Source of the DNA: Octopus sinensis
Lineage: Eukaryota
Direction of reading: 5' to 3'
DNA length: 64,000 bases
Assembly (NCBI RefSeq): GCF_006345805.1
Contig: NC_043007.1
Location: 45,508,001 to 45,572,000 of the forward strand
Part shown: one piece after another, positions 52,837-64,000 of the stretch
How positions within the stretch are numbered: the first letter of the stretch is position 1
Layout of the letters: each line of letters opens with the position of its first letter
Made by a program: the position numbers and the translations under genes
Notes under the pieces: model-generated
Told to the model about the DNA's origin: nothing
Database searches by the model: none
What the model saw: the letters and a program-made list of their open reading frames with translations, nothing else

Positions 52837-52950
52837 GTCTGTCTATCTATCTATCTGTCTGTTTGTCTGTCTGTCTGTCTATCTGTCTTTATGTCTGTCT
52901 GTCTGTCTATCTGTGTGTCTTTCTGTCTGTCTGTCTGTCTATCTCTAAAC
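52615..52950. repeat. (TCTA)/(CCTA)/(TCAA)/(TCTG) compound microsatellite
   Basis: Seen directly in the sequence. Confidence 0.97.
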
Positions 52951-53536
52951 ATTTATCTGTGTGTATGTATGTGTGCGTACGTATGTGTATGTTTAGGCGC
53001 CGTATGGTCAAATGATAATACAGCTAGAAAAAAGGCACAGAACAATAACACGCATAAAAGATAAATATCAAGCGATTAAGATCTTCGATTTTCAGTCACG
53101 CGGTACCAGTTTCGATTTCAGAGCGCGGCATATTGGATTAATGTCATCTTATATGGCTTCAGGCCGACTCATTTGTTGCAAGTAAGTTTGGGTAGAGGAA
53201 ATCTCTGTAGAATCCCGTCAAGTTTATTGTGATATCGTCCCGCAAAGTGTCACAGAGATTTTGCTTCTAGAGATTTAAGTTCAGGTGGCACATGTTTGTC
53301 GAATACGCAAACACTTAGGTACTAATTCAAGACAAAGTTATTAAGTTGATCGAGCAAGTGAGATCTCATCATCGAAGGACGGAGATCCCTGATACAGACA
53401 CACATGCACATAAACACACGCACGCAAACACACACACACACACACGAATGAACATACACAAACGCAAATATAAATATGGAAATATATATATATATGGATA
53501 TATATATATATATTATATTATATATATATATATATA

Positions 53537-53933
53537 CTAGCCGTATCGCCCGGCGTTGCTCGGGTTTCTAAGGGAAATAAGTATATAAGCATTTTTAGTG
53601 ATGTAAAGTATAATAGCCATCTCAATATGGCTAACCACAAAGGTGGGGGGTGTTACTGTAGCTTTTTACGTTCTGAGATTTAATAATAAATTTTTAGAGA
53701 GTTTCTTCCCTTATATATGCCAAAAATGCATTAAAAATGGGATAAATTGATGGTAATTTTTTTTTAAATCGTAGACTCATCGTAGACGCACGCTATTACC
53801 CAGATAGCTCGATATGAATCACGACTATAAGATACCCGGTTTTGGTTAAACTGCATCGCAAAATGTGGGAGTAGTTAGGAATCTAAATCGAAGGGGACAG
53901 ACACTCACACAACTACAGTTTTATATATAAAGA
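53537..53933 (-). mobile_element. Non-autonomous Helitron-like element
   Basis: Reverse strand starts TCTTTATATATAAAAC and ends CCCGAGCAACGCCGGGCGATACGG-CTAG|T; the 3' end is nearly the same as 29540-29570. Confidence 0.85.
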
Positions 53934-53968
53934 TATATATATGTATATATATATATATATATAATATA

Positions 53969-54046
<78 letters not shown>

Positions 54047-54316
54047 GCAAAGTAAAAGGAAAAAGATGGGAAAGACGGAGAGAAAAGAATCAAATACCAA
54101 TAATTCATATGCATGCATATACACATACGCATGCGTGAATACACTCACGCATATATATATATATAAGTGGTGCTCCAGCATGGCCGCAGTCAAATGACTG
54201 AAACAAATATAAGAATACAAGAACACACACACATATATAATTATTTACAGGGAGAGAGAGATAAATAGATAGATCGATATGTAAATAGATAGGTAGATAG
54301 GAGATAGATAGATAGG

Positions 54317-54362
<46 letters not shown>

Positions 54363-54864
54363 CCCCCACACCAGAGACAAACACATGCATACATAGAGAC
54401 AGATGAAGATACAGACATGTGCACAACTCCCAGTAAAAAAGTGTATGAAAGGAAAGGAGAAACATCGTAGAACAATGAAAAGTTGTAAAATTCTTGAATA
54501 AGAATATGTCGGCATCCTACTACTACTGTAAACGGCTGTTCTTGACGTTGTTGCTGCTGCTGTTGCAACAACGCAAACAACAAACAACTACTACCACTTA
54601 TTACTGGTGCTGCTATTAATTGAATTTATAAAGACAATGATTATTATTGAAAATAACAATGATATCTGAGATTGCATTAAGAGTAGCATCAACAGCATCA
54701 CCACTATCATCTTTATCCCCCTCCTCCGCCTGTTGCTCCACCCCAGCATCCTCCTCCTCCTCCTCCTCCTCATCATCATCATCAATATAATCTAATACCA
54801 TCAATGTCAAAATCTTCATCACGACATTTACAACATGCACTACTAACAATAATTCTTTGTACTA

Positions 54865-54867
54865 CAC

Positions 54868-54914
<47 letters not shown>

Positions 54915-54939
54915 TAATAATAATAATATAATAATAATA

Positions 54940-54970
<31 letters not shown>

Positions 54971-55026
54971 TATTATCATTATTGTTGTTATTATTATTAT
55001 TGTTGTTATTATTATTATCATTGTTG

Positions 55027-55087
<61 letters not shown>

Positions 55088-55110
55088 CATTATTATTATT
55101 ATTATTGTTA
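54865..55110. repeat. (AAT)n switching to (ATT)n microsatellite
   Basis: Seen directly in the sequence. Confidence 0.97.
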
Positions 55111-55144
55111 TCAGTTTGTTTGGAGGGAATGTGCTTCTCGATTG

Positions 55145-55601
55145 CATTGATCTCAATATTCAGCTGGTATTTATTTTATCGCCCCTCGAAAAGATGAAAA
55201 AGTAATGTTGACCTCGAGCGCATTTGAACTCAGGATGTAAAGGAACGGAAAATATACAGCTGAACAGCTGACAATAACAAAAGAAAAAAAAAACCAACAT
55301 AAAACAATAACAACAACAACAACAGCGACGATGACGACGACGATGACGACGACGCCAACAACGATAATACTTTCTACCATAAGCACAAGGCTTGAAGTTG
55401 TGGGGCAGGGGGTATAACCGGTCACATCGACCACAGCGCTCAACTGGTACTTATTTCATCAACTCACGAAAGGATGAAAGGCAAAGCCAGCCTCGGCCGA
55501 ATTTGAACTCAGAAATTAAGGACGGACGAAATGCCGCAGAGTATTTTTCTTCGGAATGCTAACGATGCTGCCGGCTCGCCAAAAGAATAAACAATAACAA
55601 C

Positions 55602-55632
<31 letters not shown>

Positions 55633-55805
55633 GGCCTTTCTACTATAGGCGCAGTGCTCAAAATTTGGTGGATGGAGAAAGTCCATTACATCGACCCCAG
55701 TGCCCCATTGATAATTCGGTGCAATTTGATCTCAGAATGTAGTGACCGGTAAAATACCACAAAGTACTTCGCCCAGTGTGCTAACGATTCTACCAGCTCA
55801 CCGCC

Positions 55806-55868
<63 letters not shown>

Positions 55869-55881
55869 TATAATAATAATA

Positions 55882-55915
<34 letters not shown>

Positions 55916-55952
55916 TAATAATAATAATAACAATAATAATAATAATAATAAC

Positions 55953-56022
<70 letters not shown>

Positions 56023-56548
56023 TAACAATAATAATGGTTTCAAATTTGGCTGCAAGGACAGCAATTTTGGGGAGGGGATGAGTCAATTACATCGACCCCA
56101 GTGTTCAAGTGACTCTTATTCTATCGACCCCGAAAAGATGAATGGCAAAGTTGACCCCGGTGAAATTTGAATCAGAATCTAAAAACGGACGCAATGCCGC
56201 CATCAATTCTGCCAGTCCATCTTCTATAGGCACAAGGGGCCTGAAATTTTGAAGGAGGGATTAATCCGATTACGTCGACCCCCAGTGCGTAACTGGTTCT
56301 TAATTTATCGACCCCGAAAGGATGAAAGGCAAAGTCGACCTCGGCAGAATTTGAACTCAGAACGTAACGGCAACGCATTTCGCCCGGCGAGCTAACTTTT
56401 CCGCCAGCTCGCCGTCTTAACAACAACAACAACAACTATAATAATAATGATAATAATAAATAATAATAATTATATAATAATAATAATAATAATCATAATA
56501 ATAATAATAATAACAATAATAATAATAACAATAATAATAATAATAATA

Positions 56549-56596
<48 letters not shown>

Positions 56597-57012
56597 TAAC
56601 AATAATAATGGTTTCAAATTTGGCTGCAAGGACAGCAATTTTGGGGGAGGGGATGAGTCAATTACATCGACCCCAGTGTTCAAGTGACTCTTATTCTATC
56701 GACCCCGAAAAGATGAATGGCAAAGTTGACCCCGGTGAAATTTGAATCAGAATCTAAAAACGGACGCAATGCCGCCATCAATTCTGCCAGTCCATCTTCT
56801 ATAGGCACAAGGGGCCTGAAATTTTGAAGGGAGGGATTAATCCGATTACGTCGACCCCCAGTGCGTAACTGGTACTTAATTTATCGACCCCGAAAGGATG
56901 AAAGGCAAAGTCGACCTCGGCAGAATTTGAACTCAGAACGTAACGGCAACGCATTTCGCCCGGCGAGCTAACTTTTCCGCCAGCTCGCCGTCTTAACAAC
57001 AACAACAACAAC

Positions 57013-57064
<52 letters not shown>

Positions 57065-57086
57065 TAATAATAATAATAATAATAAT

Positions 57087-57135
<49 letters not shown>

Positions 57136-57150
57136 TTAATAATAATAGTA
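55145..57150 (-). mobile_element. Array of about 7 co-oriented family B SINEs interleaved with (AAT)n, including a recent tandem duplication
   Basis: Copies at ~55145, 55370, 55630, 56036, 56225, 56610 and 56800; 56036-56440 is almost identical to 56610-57015. Confidence 0.92.
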
Positions 57151-57749
57151 ATAAGTTTCTTACATAAATCAGAATCCTGAAATCTTCAGACGGAATAAAA
57201 GTGGGAATCTGTGTAATCCATGCCTTTACGTTCCGTAATACTATTAGCAGCAGCAGCAGCAGTAGCAGCAGGCACAGCGAGAACAGCAGCAACATCAACA
57301 GCAGCTGCAGAAGCATAGTATTTGCAGCAACAGCAGCAGCCACCGTATGGGTAACGTTAATGATGATGCTTTATAAGTAGTATTATTAAGTAGAGCGAAA
57401 TTGTTAAACAGGATAGGGCAGATAAGATACTCACGAACACACGCACGCACACATTACTATATACACACACAAACAGTGATTAAACGCATACATCAGATAT
57501 AAAGCACAGCCGCATCCACATACACATACTTCGTAAGTATTTGGTATACATACACAGATACACATACGTACGCACATACACACACATGCACAAACACGCG
57601 CGCGCACACACAGCTCTCTCTCACACACACACACATACAGACATACACACACGCTGAGCGAACTTATCGACTCGTGCGCACGCAGCCACCCACGCTTGTG
57701 TTTTAGTTATATTCTTGGGATTGCTCACTTAAATACATTTATACATGAA

Positions 57750-57828
<79 letters not shown>

Positions 57829-58129
57829 TATACACTCATACATACATATTTATATGTATAGATATACACACACACGCACACACACACACACACATATATA
57901 TATACACATGATACATATATATATATATATACCTATGATATATATGTGTATGCATTTATGTATAAGTATATATATATATATATATATGTATAATATACAC
58001 GCACAATATATACAAATATAAATGCACACAAACACCATCACACAGACACATCTTCACACACGTCTTTATGTGTGATGGTGTTTGTGAGGTTTACTTTTAT
58101 AAATATATATACATATATATGTATGTATG

Positions 58130-58206
<77 letters not shown>

Positions 58207-58220
58207 ATTTCTTTACACAC

Positions 58221-58288
<68 letters not shown>

Positions 58289-58298
58289 TATATATATA

Positions 58299-58690
58299 GG
58301 CTTCCCAATGACATGGCTCCGGGTTCATTTCCACTGCGTGGCACCTTGGGTAAGTCGCTTGTACTATAGCCTCGGGCCGACCAAAGCACTGTTGTATTTG
58401 GTAGAGGGAAACTGAGAGAAGCCCTACGGGCTTCTTTCACTGTACGTAGATATATATATATACGTCTGCGTCTCTTTGCGTCTGTGTTTGTCCCCATCAC
58501 CTCTTCCCAACCAGTGTTGGTCTGTTAACATCCCCGTAACTTATGGGTTCAGGAAATGAGACTAATAGAATGAATTCTAAGCTTTAGAAAAATATGTCAT
58601 GGGGTTGATTTGTTCGACTAAATCCCTTCAAGGCCCTGCTCTAACATGACTGTAGTCAAATGACTAAAACAAATAAAAGAATAAATAAAT
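58299..58690 (+). mobile_element. SINE family A (5'-eroded)
   Basis: GGTTCATTTCCACTGCGTGGCACCTTGGGTAAG core; tail GTAGTCAAATGACTAAAACAAATAAAAG. Confidence 0.88.
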
Positions 58691-58691
58691 G

Positions 58692-58938
58692 GGCCCTTTT
58701 AAAGGTCTAGCCTGGCTCATGGACCTGGTTTCCCGGTTTCTGTGGTGTATGTGTTCTCCAGCTGGACGGGACGCCAGTCTATCTCAGCGTTACTCATTTT
58801 TGCCAGCTGAGTGGACTGGAGCAACGTGAAATGAATTGTTTTGCTCAAGAACACAACACGTCGCCTGGTCCAGGAATCGAAACCACAATCTAACGATCAT
58901 GATGCTGACACCCTAACCACTAAGCCACGCGCCTCCAC
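58692..58938 (-). mobile_element. SINE family C, full-length, inserted in the tail of the family A copy
   Basis: Reverse strand starts GTGGAGGCGCGTGGCTTAGTGG and has B box GTTTCGATTCC; AAATAAAAGAATAAA occurs on both sides. Confidence 0.92.
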
Positions 58939-58984
58939 AAATAAAAGAATAAAAGAATAAAAGAATAAAAGTATATGCATGTAT

Positions 58985-59165
58985 AAGGGATGGGGTGGGG
59001 GCTAACAAATTCCTGGCTTTAAGGGTTTGGCAAAAGGCCTGGTTGAAGGCCCAACATTCCGTGGCCTAGAAAAACTGATGGATCGCTGCAATAAGTGTGT
59101 GAATCTGGGTGGAATATGTTGAATAAAATCATAATTAACTGACCCTCCATTTCAACACCCCTCAT
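58985..59165 (+). mobile_element. Mariner-derived non-autonomous remnant
   Basis: Relic KLMDRCNKCVNL..EYVE* resembles a mariner transposase C-terminus; the terminus reads ...CAACACCCCTCATGTA. Confidence 0.55.
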
Positions 59166-59413
59166 GTATGTGTGTGTGTTTATATGAAAGTTTTCTTGCA
59201 ACTTCTCTTGGCGCCGGCATGCACAGGCACAGCTGTATAGGTACAGACATGGCTGTATTTATGTGGTTCAGACACAATGTGACTCAGAAGCTTACTTCGC
59301 ACCGACTTCGTTTCGCGTTCAGTCCCACGCAACAGCACACTGGGGCAAGTGCCTTCTGCTATTGCCTCGTGCGTGTAATTCCTTCTGACTGAATATATAT
59401 AACACTTTGTCAT

Positions 59414-59930
59414 GTTAACAAAGGGATGTAGGTTCGATTCCCACGCTGATAGGAAAGCCTTCCTTTTTTCTATCGAGGGCTTATATGCCTCTTTATCAGA
59501 CTATTTTCTTTAGTTATTGCCATTATTATTATTTACAGGGTCGTAAATCACGGCACCGTAAAATAAAAAAGCATTCGCACCGAAAGCATATGTCAAGGCT
59601 GTTTACATAAAAACAAATACAAACTAACATGTAGTTCTTAAATTTCAGACGCAGACTGATGCTGTTTCGCTGGTGTAAAGGTAACACGCTTGGTCGTGTT
59701 AACAGAGGAACGTGGGTTCGACTCTCACGCGTGTAGGAAATCCTTTTGCTGTCATTTTTTTGTGTTGAGGGCCCGTATGCCCCTTTATTAAACTATTTTC
59801 CTTAGTCATTGCTCGGTGATTTCCATAAGCTTTATGCTTATATATGAATAACACTATTATCATTTAAAGGATTTAAAATTACGGCGCTGTAATGAAAGAC
59901 CATTCGCACCGAAAGCATATATATGTATAT
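59414..59930 (+). repeat. Two diverged tandem copies of a tRNA-like-headed unit
   Basis: B boxes at 59431-59441 and 59714-59724; A box 59671-59681; identical 20-mer CATTCGCACCGAAAGCATAT at 59572 and 59901. Confidence 0.7.
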
Positions 59931-60189
59931 AAAACAAAACCAAGTTTTTTTTTTATTTGTGTGAACTCATAATTCATTTGAACTATATATACATACATAC
60001 ATACATATCTATGTCTATATATATATATATATATAATTTACATTATCGTATGATTGAACGCCACGCATCCTCTTCCAAGTAAGTTTTACCTTAATAATTC
60101 TGGTACGCACTCTATACGAACTTTTTACTCTTTTGTTTTTCTCTCTCTTATTCTTTTACCTCCACGTCTCCCACTATTCTGTCATATTC

Positions 60190-60660
60190 TGTCACTCTCT
60201 CTCCCTCGGTCATTCTCCCTTGCTCACGTGGCTCCCACGTGACCATCGGTCATCTTTCTTTCTTTCTCTCTGTTGTGACTGGGACAAGGAAGACGTGTTC
60301 TTGTTTGTCTCCAGCGCTAGCTTGATTTACGCGTTCGCCACCATATCCTCGTTTAGGCTTAGCAGCCCTTCATGTTTGTTATTCCTATCCCTATTTGTGT
60401 TACCTATTTTGACCCTCCGCAAAATCCCAAATTTTATTTAATTTGTTTTGCGGGAGCAACTGTTATATCGAAAGCATATGCTCGAAACACGAGAATAAAA
60501 AAACAGCCAACAAATGATGAAGGGCCGTTCTTTATGTTGTTTGTTTTGTTTTCCATTTGTGTCTTCCGTTGTTCGAAAGAATAGTTCATCTTCCATGTAC
60601 TTGTGCTTCGTACTTTTAGTTGTAGACGTTTCGTGACGTTCTGTACCTACATATGCTTAT
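60190..60660 (+). repeat. Left arm of a diverged inverted repeat
   Basis: Aligns by eye to the reverse complement of 62268-62760 (e.g. CCGCAAAATCCCAAATTTTATTTAATTTGTTTTGCGGGA; CGTTGTTCGAAA). Confidence 0.8.
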
Positions 60661-61390
60661 ATATATACGTATAGATGTGAGTATGTACATATACGTATGT
60701 ATATATGCATAATATATATAGTTTCATTTATATATATATATATATAGTATATAATATATATATATATTATATATATATATATTATATATAATATATATAT
60801 ATATATGCCTGCATCGTATGTTTCGTTCAGGCTAAATATCCAAATGCATTTAGCGCATGCAATGCGGGCTTCCATGCAATCACATGGTGAAACATACGTA
60901 GGAACTAGTATACACTTAATTTCTCTGACATTTACTCTCTATCTCATAACTTGTAATCCCACTGAGTAAAGTATTTGCTTAACCATTGTACTGGAATAAA
61001 ACAGGATTACGATAATGTACGCGGTACTCTAAATTAAAAAGTAGTAGTCGTACATCTATTTCTACGCAGAAGATACTGTGCGGGCACGCACGAGTGTGAG
61101 TGTGTGCGCGCGATGTGTGTCTGTAAGTGTACGCAAACAGTGTTGGCTTGATTACGTCTCCATAAAGAAGCGGTTAGTCAATGGTCGAATTGTTCTACTA
61201 AATCCTTCAACTGTGTGATCCAGCATGGCCGCAATCTAATGGCTGAACATATAAACGGTAAAAGATCCGCCAATGAGTACGCTTGATTAACGACGACTGC
61301 GAAAATTGTTTTGAAGCGAAAGAGAGAAAGAGTTAGAGAGAGAGGTGTTTGTGTGTCTGTATCTTCTGTAAATCACACATAGATACATAC

Positions 61391-61489
<99 letters not shown>

Positions 61490-62267
61490 CAGTTTTTTTT
61501 GTTCTGTCGTTTTTTTCTGTATGTTTCCCGCCGTATATTTAACCTTACTGAGAAAACGTATGATTGAAGACATTAACATATTTGACCATAATTTCTTGTC
61601 GCTGTCACAGTCTGGCGGTCGAATGACATTTGAGAAACTCTTGGTTGGAATGTGTTGGAGGTCGCGCGACATCGTTCTCATTTTAAAAGAATCCTTACGT
61701 TAAGTTCTCCACCCCTTTTACATTGCAGCGATTTACATATGACCTATTTTGCATTGTAAATCAGGATACATAAGCGCTAATATCAGTCCTGATTTACTCA
61801 CTCACAATGTAATCTTTTCGATGGGTCTTCTCGTTTCGCAAGTAGGAACGATGATATTTGAGATATGATTGCACTTTCTCGAGTTCGTATACAAAATCTC
61901 AATATGATATTGAATTGGTACTGGTAATATATATATATCTAGAATACCAATTTAGTATACACACACACTGGTACTGGCACACACATACACACACACGTGT
62001 ACATATGTGTGTGCATGGGCGTACGTGTGTATGTGTGTGTTTGTGCATATAAGTATAATCATATATACACATATATATATATTTATATATCTGCACATAT
62101 CTAGACATGCATACAATCACTTAGATTGATACGTAACTTATTTACAATGTACACATACGCACACAATATATATATATATGTATGTGTGTGTGTATAATAT
62201 AAATAATATATAAATATATACATATATACATATATGTACATACCTACATATATATGAATATATACAT

Positions 62268-62760
62268 GCATATATGGGTACAGGCCATCAAAAAACGTTG
62301 AACACAATGAGAAACGAAAACATAAAGCAAAAACATAGAAACGAACTTTTTTTCGAACAACGAAAAAAAACAGAGAAACGAGACATACAACAAAAAGAAT
62401 ATTTCTCTTCTTCAGTTGTCCATGTTTCATCTACTCCACGCTCCGAAGGCAAGCACAAGATGCGATTTCTTTGAAACAGTCCTTCCCGCAAAGCAAATGA
62501 AATAAAATTTGGAATTTTTGCGGAAGGTGAAAGTGGTAACAAGAACAGGACAGTGAGAACAAAACAGTAAAAACAAACGGTGAGGGTTGTTAAGCCAAGA
62601 CGATAGAAAAATTATTATGAATGCTAGGAAGACAAGCTTATGAAGGGGACAGTATAAGCACGTTTTGTCTTTACGAAGGTAGTGGGCAGAAAGACAGATT
62701 ATCCTTCGTCACCTGTCTGCGATGAGAGAGTCGAGGAGGAAGAGTGAGAGAGAGGTAAGG
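62268..62760 (-). repeat. Right arm of a diverged inverted repeat
   Basis: Reverse strand reads CCGCAAAAATTCCAAATTTTATTTCATTTGCTTTGCGGGA, CGTTGTTCGAAA and CTGTACCCATATATGC. Confidence 0.8.
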
Positions 62761-62922
62761 GCGAAGAGCAAAGAAGAAGAATAGGGAAGAGTGGGAGAGA
62801 AAACCAGAAGTGTGTGCGTATATGTATATATATATATACATGTATATACTTATGTAAATCTATCTACCTATCTATATATATGTAGAGACACAGAGAGAGA
62901 AAGAGAGAGAGATATATGAAAA

Positions 62923-62989
<67 letters not shown>

Positions 62990-62999
62990 ATATATATAT

Positions 63000-63071
<72 letters not shown>

Positions 63072-63384
63072 TATATTATACACATAAGTGCACAAATAAA
63101 AATCTATATTGTTTGGGGTTGTTTTCTTCTGTAAAGAAAGGGTCGGAACACCTGTTTTAAGACTGATACATATCGAAAGACCTAAACAGTTATGACAAAG
63201 AATTGACTTTTCAGAGGAGAAAGAACTGGGGGTTAATTCGTTAGTGTAAGACTAACGAAGGATGGAGGAGAAGCCATATCGGTGGCGATGAGAAGAGAAC
63301 AGACGAAGGAGTTAGCAGGACTTGAGGTGAGGCAAAAATAAACCAGCCAGCCTCTTCCAAAGAATGAGTATCATTGTCGTAGTG

Positions 63385-63515
63385 ATAGAACAACATGGTT
63401 CCAGGTTCAGTCCCACTGCGTGGCATCTTAAGCAGATATCTTCTACTATAGTCTCGGTCCAACCAAAGCCTTATGAGTGCACCTGGCAGACATCAACTGA
63501 AAGATGTCCGTCGTA
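63385..63515 (+). mobile_element. SINE family A head/core fragment
   Basis: CAGGTTCAGTCCCACTGCGTGGCATCTTAAGCAGATATCTTCTACTATAG. Confidence 0.8.
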
Positions 63516-64000
63516 CATATATATATATATATATATGTGGTGTGTGTATGTGTGTGTTTGTGTGTGTGTGTGTGTGTGGTGTGTGTGTGAGTGTACACAT
63601 CTATGTCTGTGTGTCTTTGTTGTTCATGCATATTGATATTGCTTATGTGCTTTTGTGTAATGTCACCTTATAATTTTTACAACTAAACGAATAAAATGCA
63701 AAGCAAAGCGATTCTTCACTGCGTGCAATGAAACGGCTGTAAAGTTGAGACTATAACATATAAACTTGTGTAACAATACAGGCAGAAGTATTCCATACAC
63801 CTATGAATGTTTGCGTATCTTGCTTTATTGATATTCATTGAAACGTTTTCTGCTATGTAACTCACATGCTCTTTGAACACAATACTGTCAGTAAGAAGAT
63901 AGATTGTAATATTTGGAATTCTCCGAACACTAACCTGGTACCTAGCTACTCTTGCACATGCTTCCCATCCTCACATCGATCATACTTCTGTGTCTACACA

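Noticed and set aside
62101-62430. MKHGQLKKRNILFVVCLVSLFFFV as a signal-anchor first exon
   Set aside because: It lies in a T-rich inverted-repeat arm whose partner does not preserve the frame, so the hydrophobicity reflects base composition.
63215-63330. AG/GT-bounded exon candidate
   Set aside because: All three frames contain stops; it is probably a TE-derived relic.

Overview
This is AT-rich, repeat-saturated eukaryotic DNA, either intergenic or deep intronic. I found no host gene, rRNA, bona fide tRNA or CRISPR array that I can support with confidence. The density of (AT)n, (AAT)n, (ATAC)n and (ATCT)n microsatellites and the recurring tRNA-headed SINE families match what I recall of octopus (coleoid cephalopod) genomes; that assignment is an inference, not a database result. 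The window holds three abundant SINE families (A, B and C, my labels) and two rarer tRNA-headed elements. It also holds decayed LINE pieces (HERO-like RLE, L1/Tx1-like, CR1-like), one near full-length mariner, three internally deleted Tc1/maT-like elements, Helitron remnants and several foldback or palindromic elements. Almost all entries in the ORF track are microsatellite artefacts. The most interesting signals are RNA-structural. The first is a pseudoknotted, strand-permuted hammerhead-like fold in the 3' UTR of the HERO-like LINE (349-460). The second is a SINE with a tRNA head, a Penelope-type minimal hammerhead in its tail and an inverted duplication of its 5' end (1176-1550). Weaker hammerhead-like relics, long inverted repeats and SINE multimers built on (AAT)n tracts also occur. 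Coordinates of decayed repeats are approximate (about 10-20 bp), and family names come from recalled protein and motif signatures.
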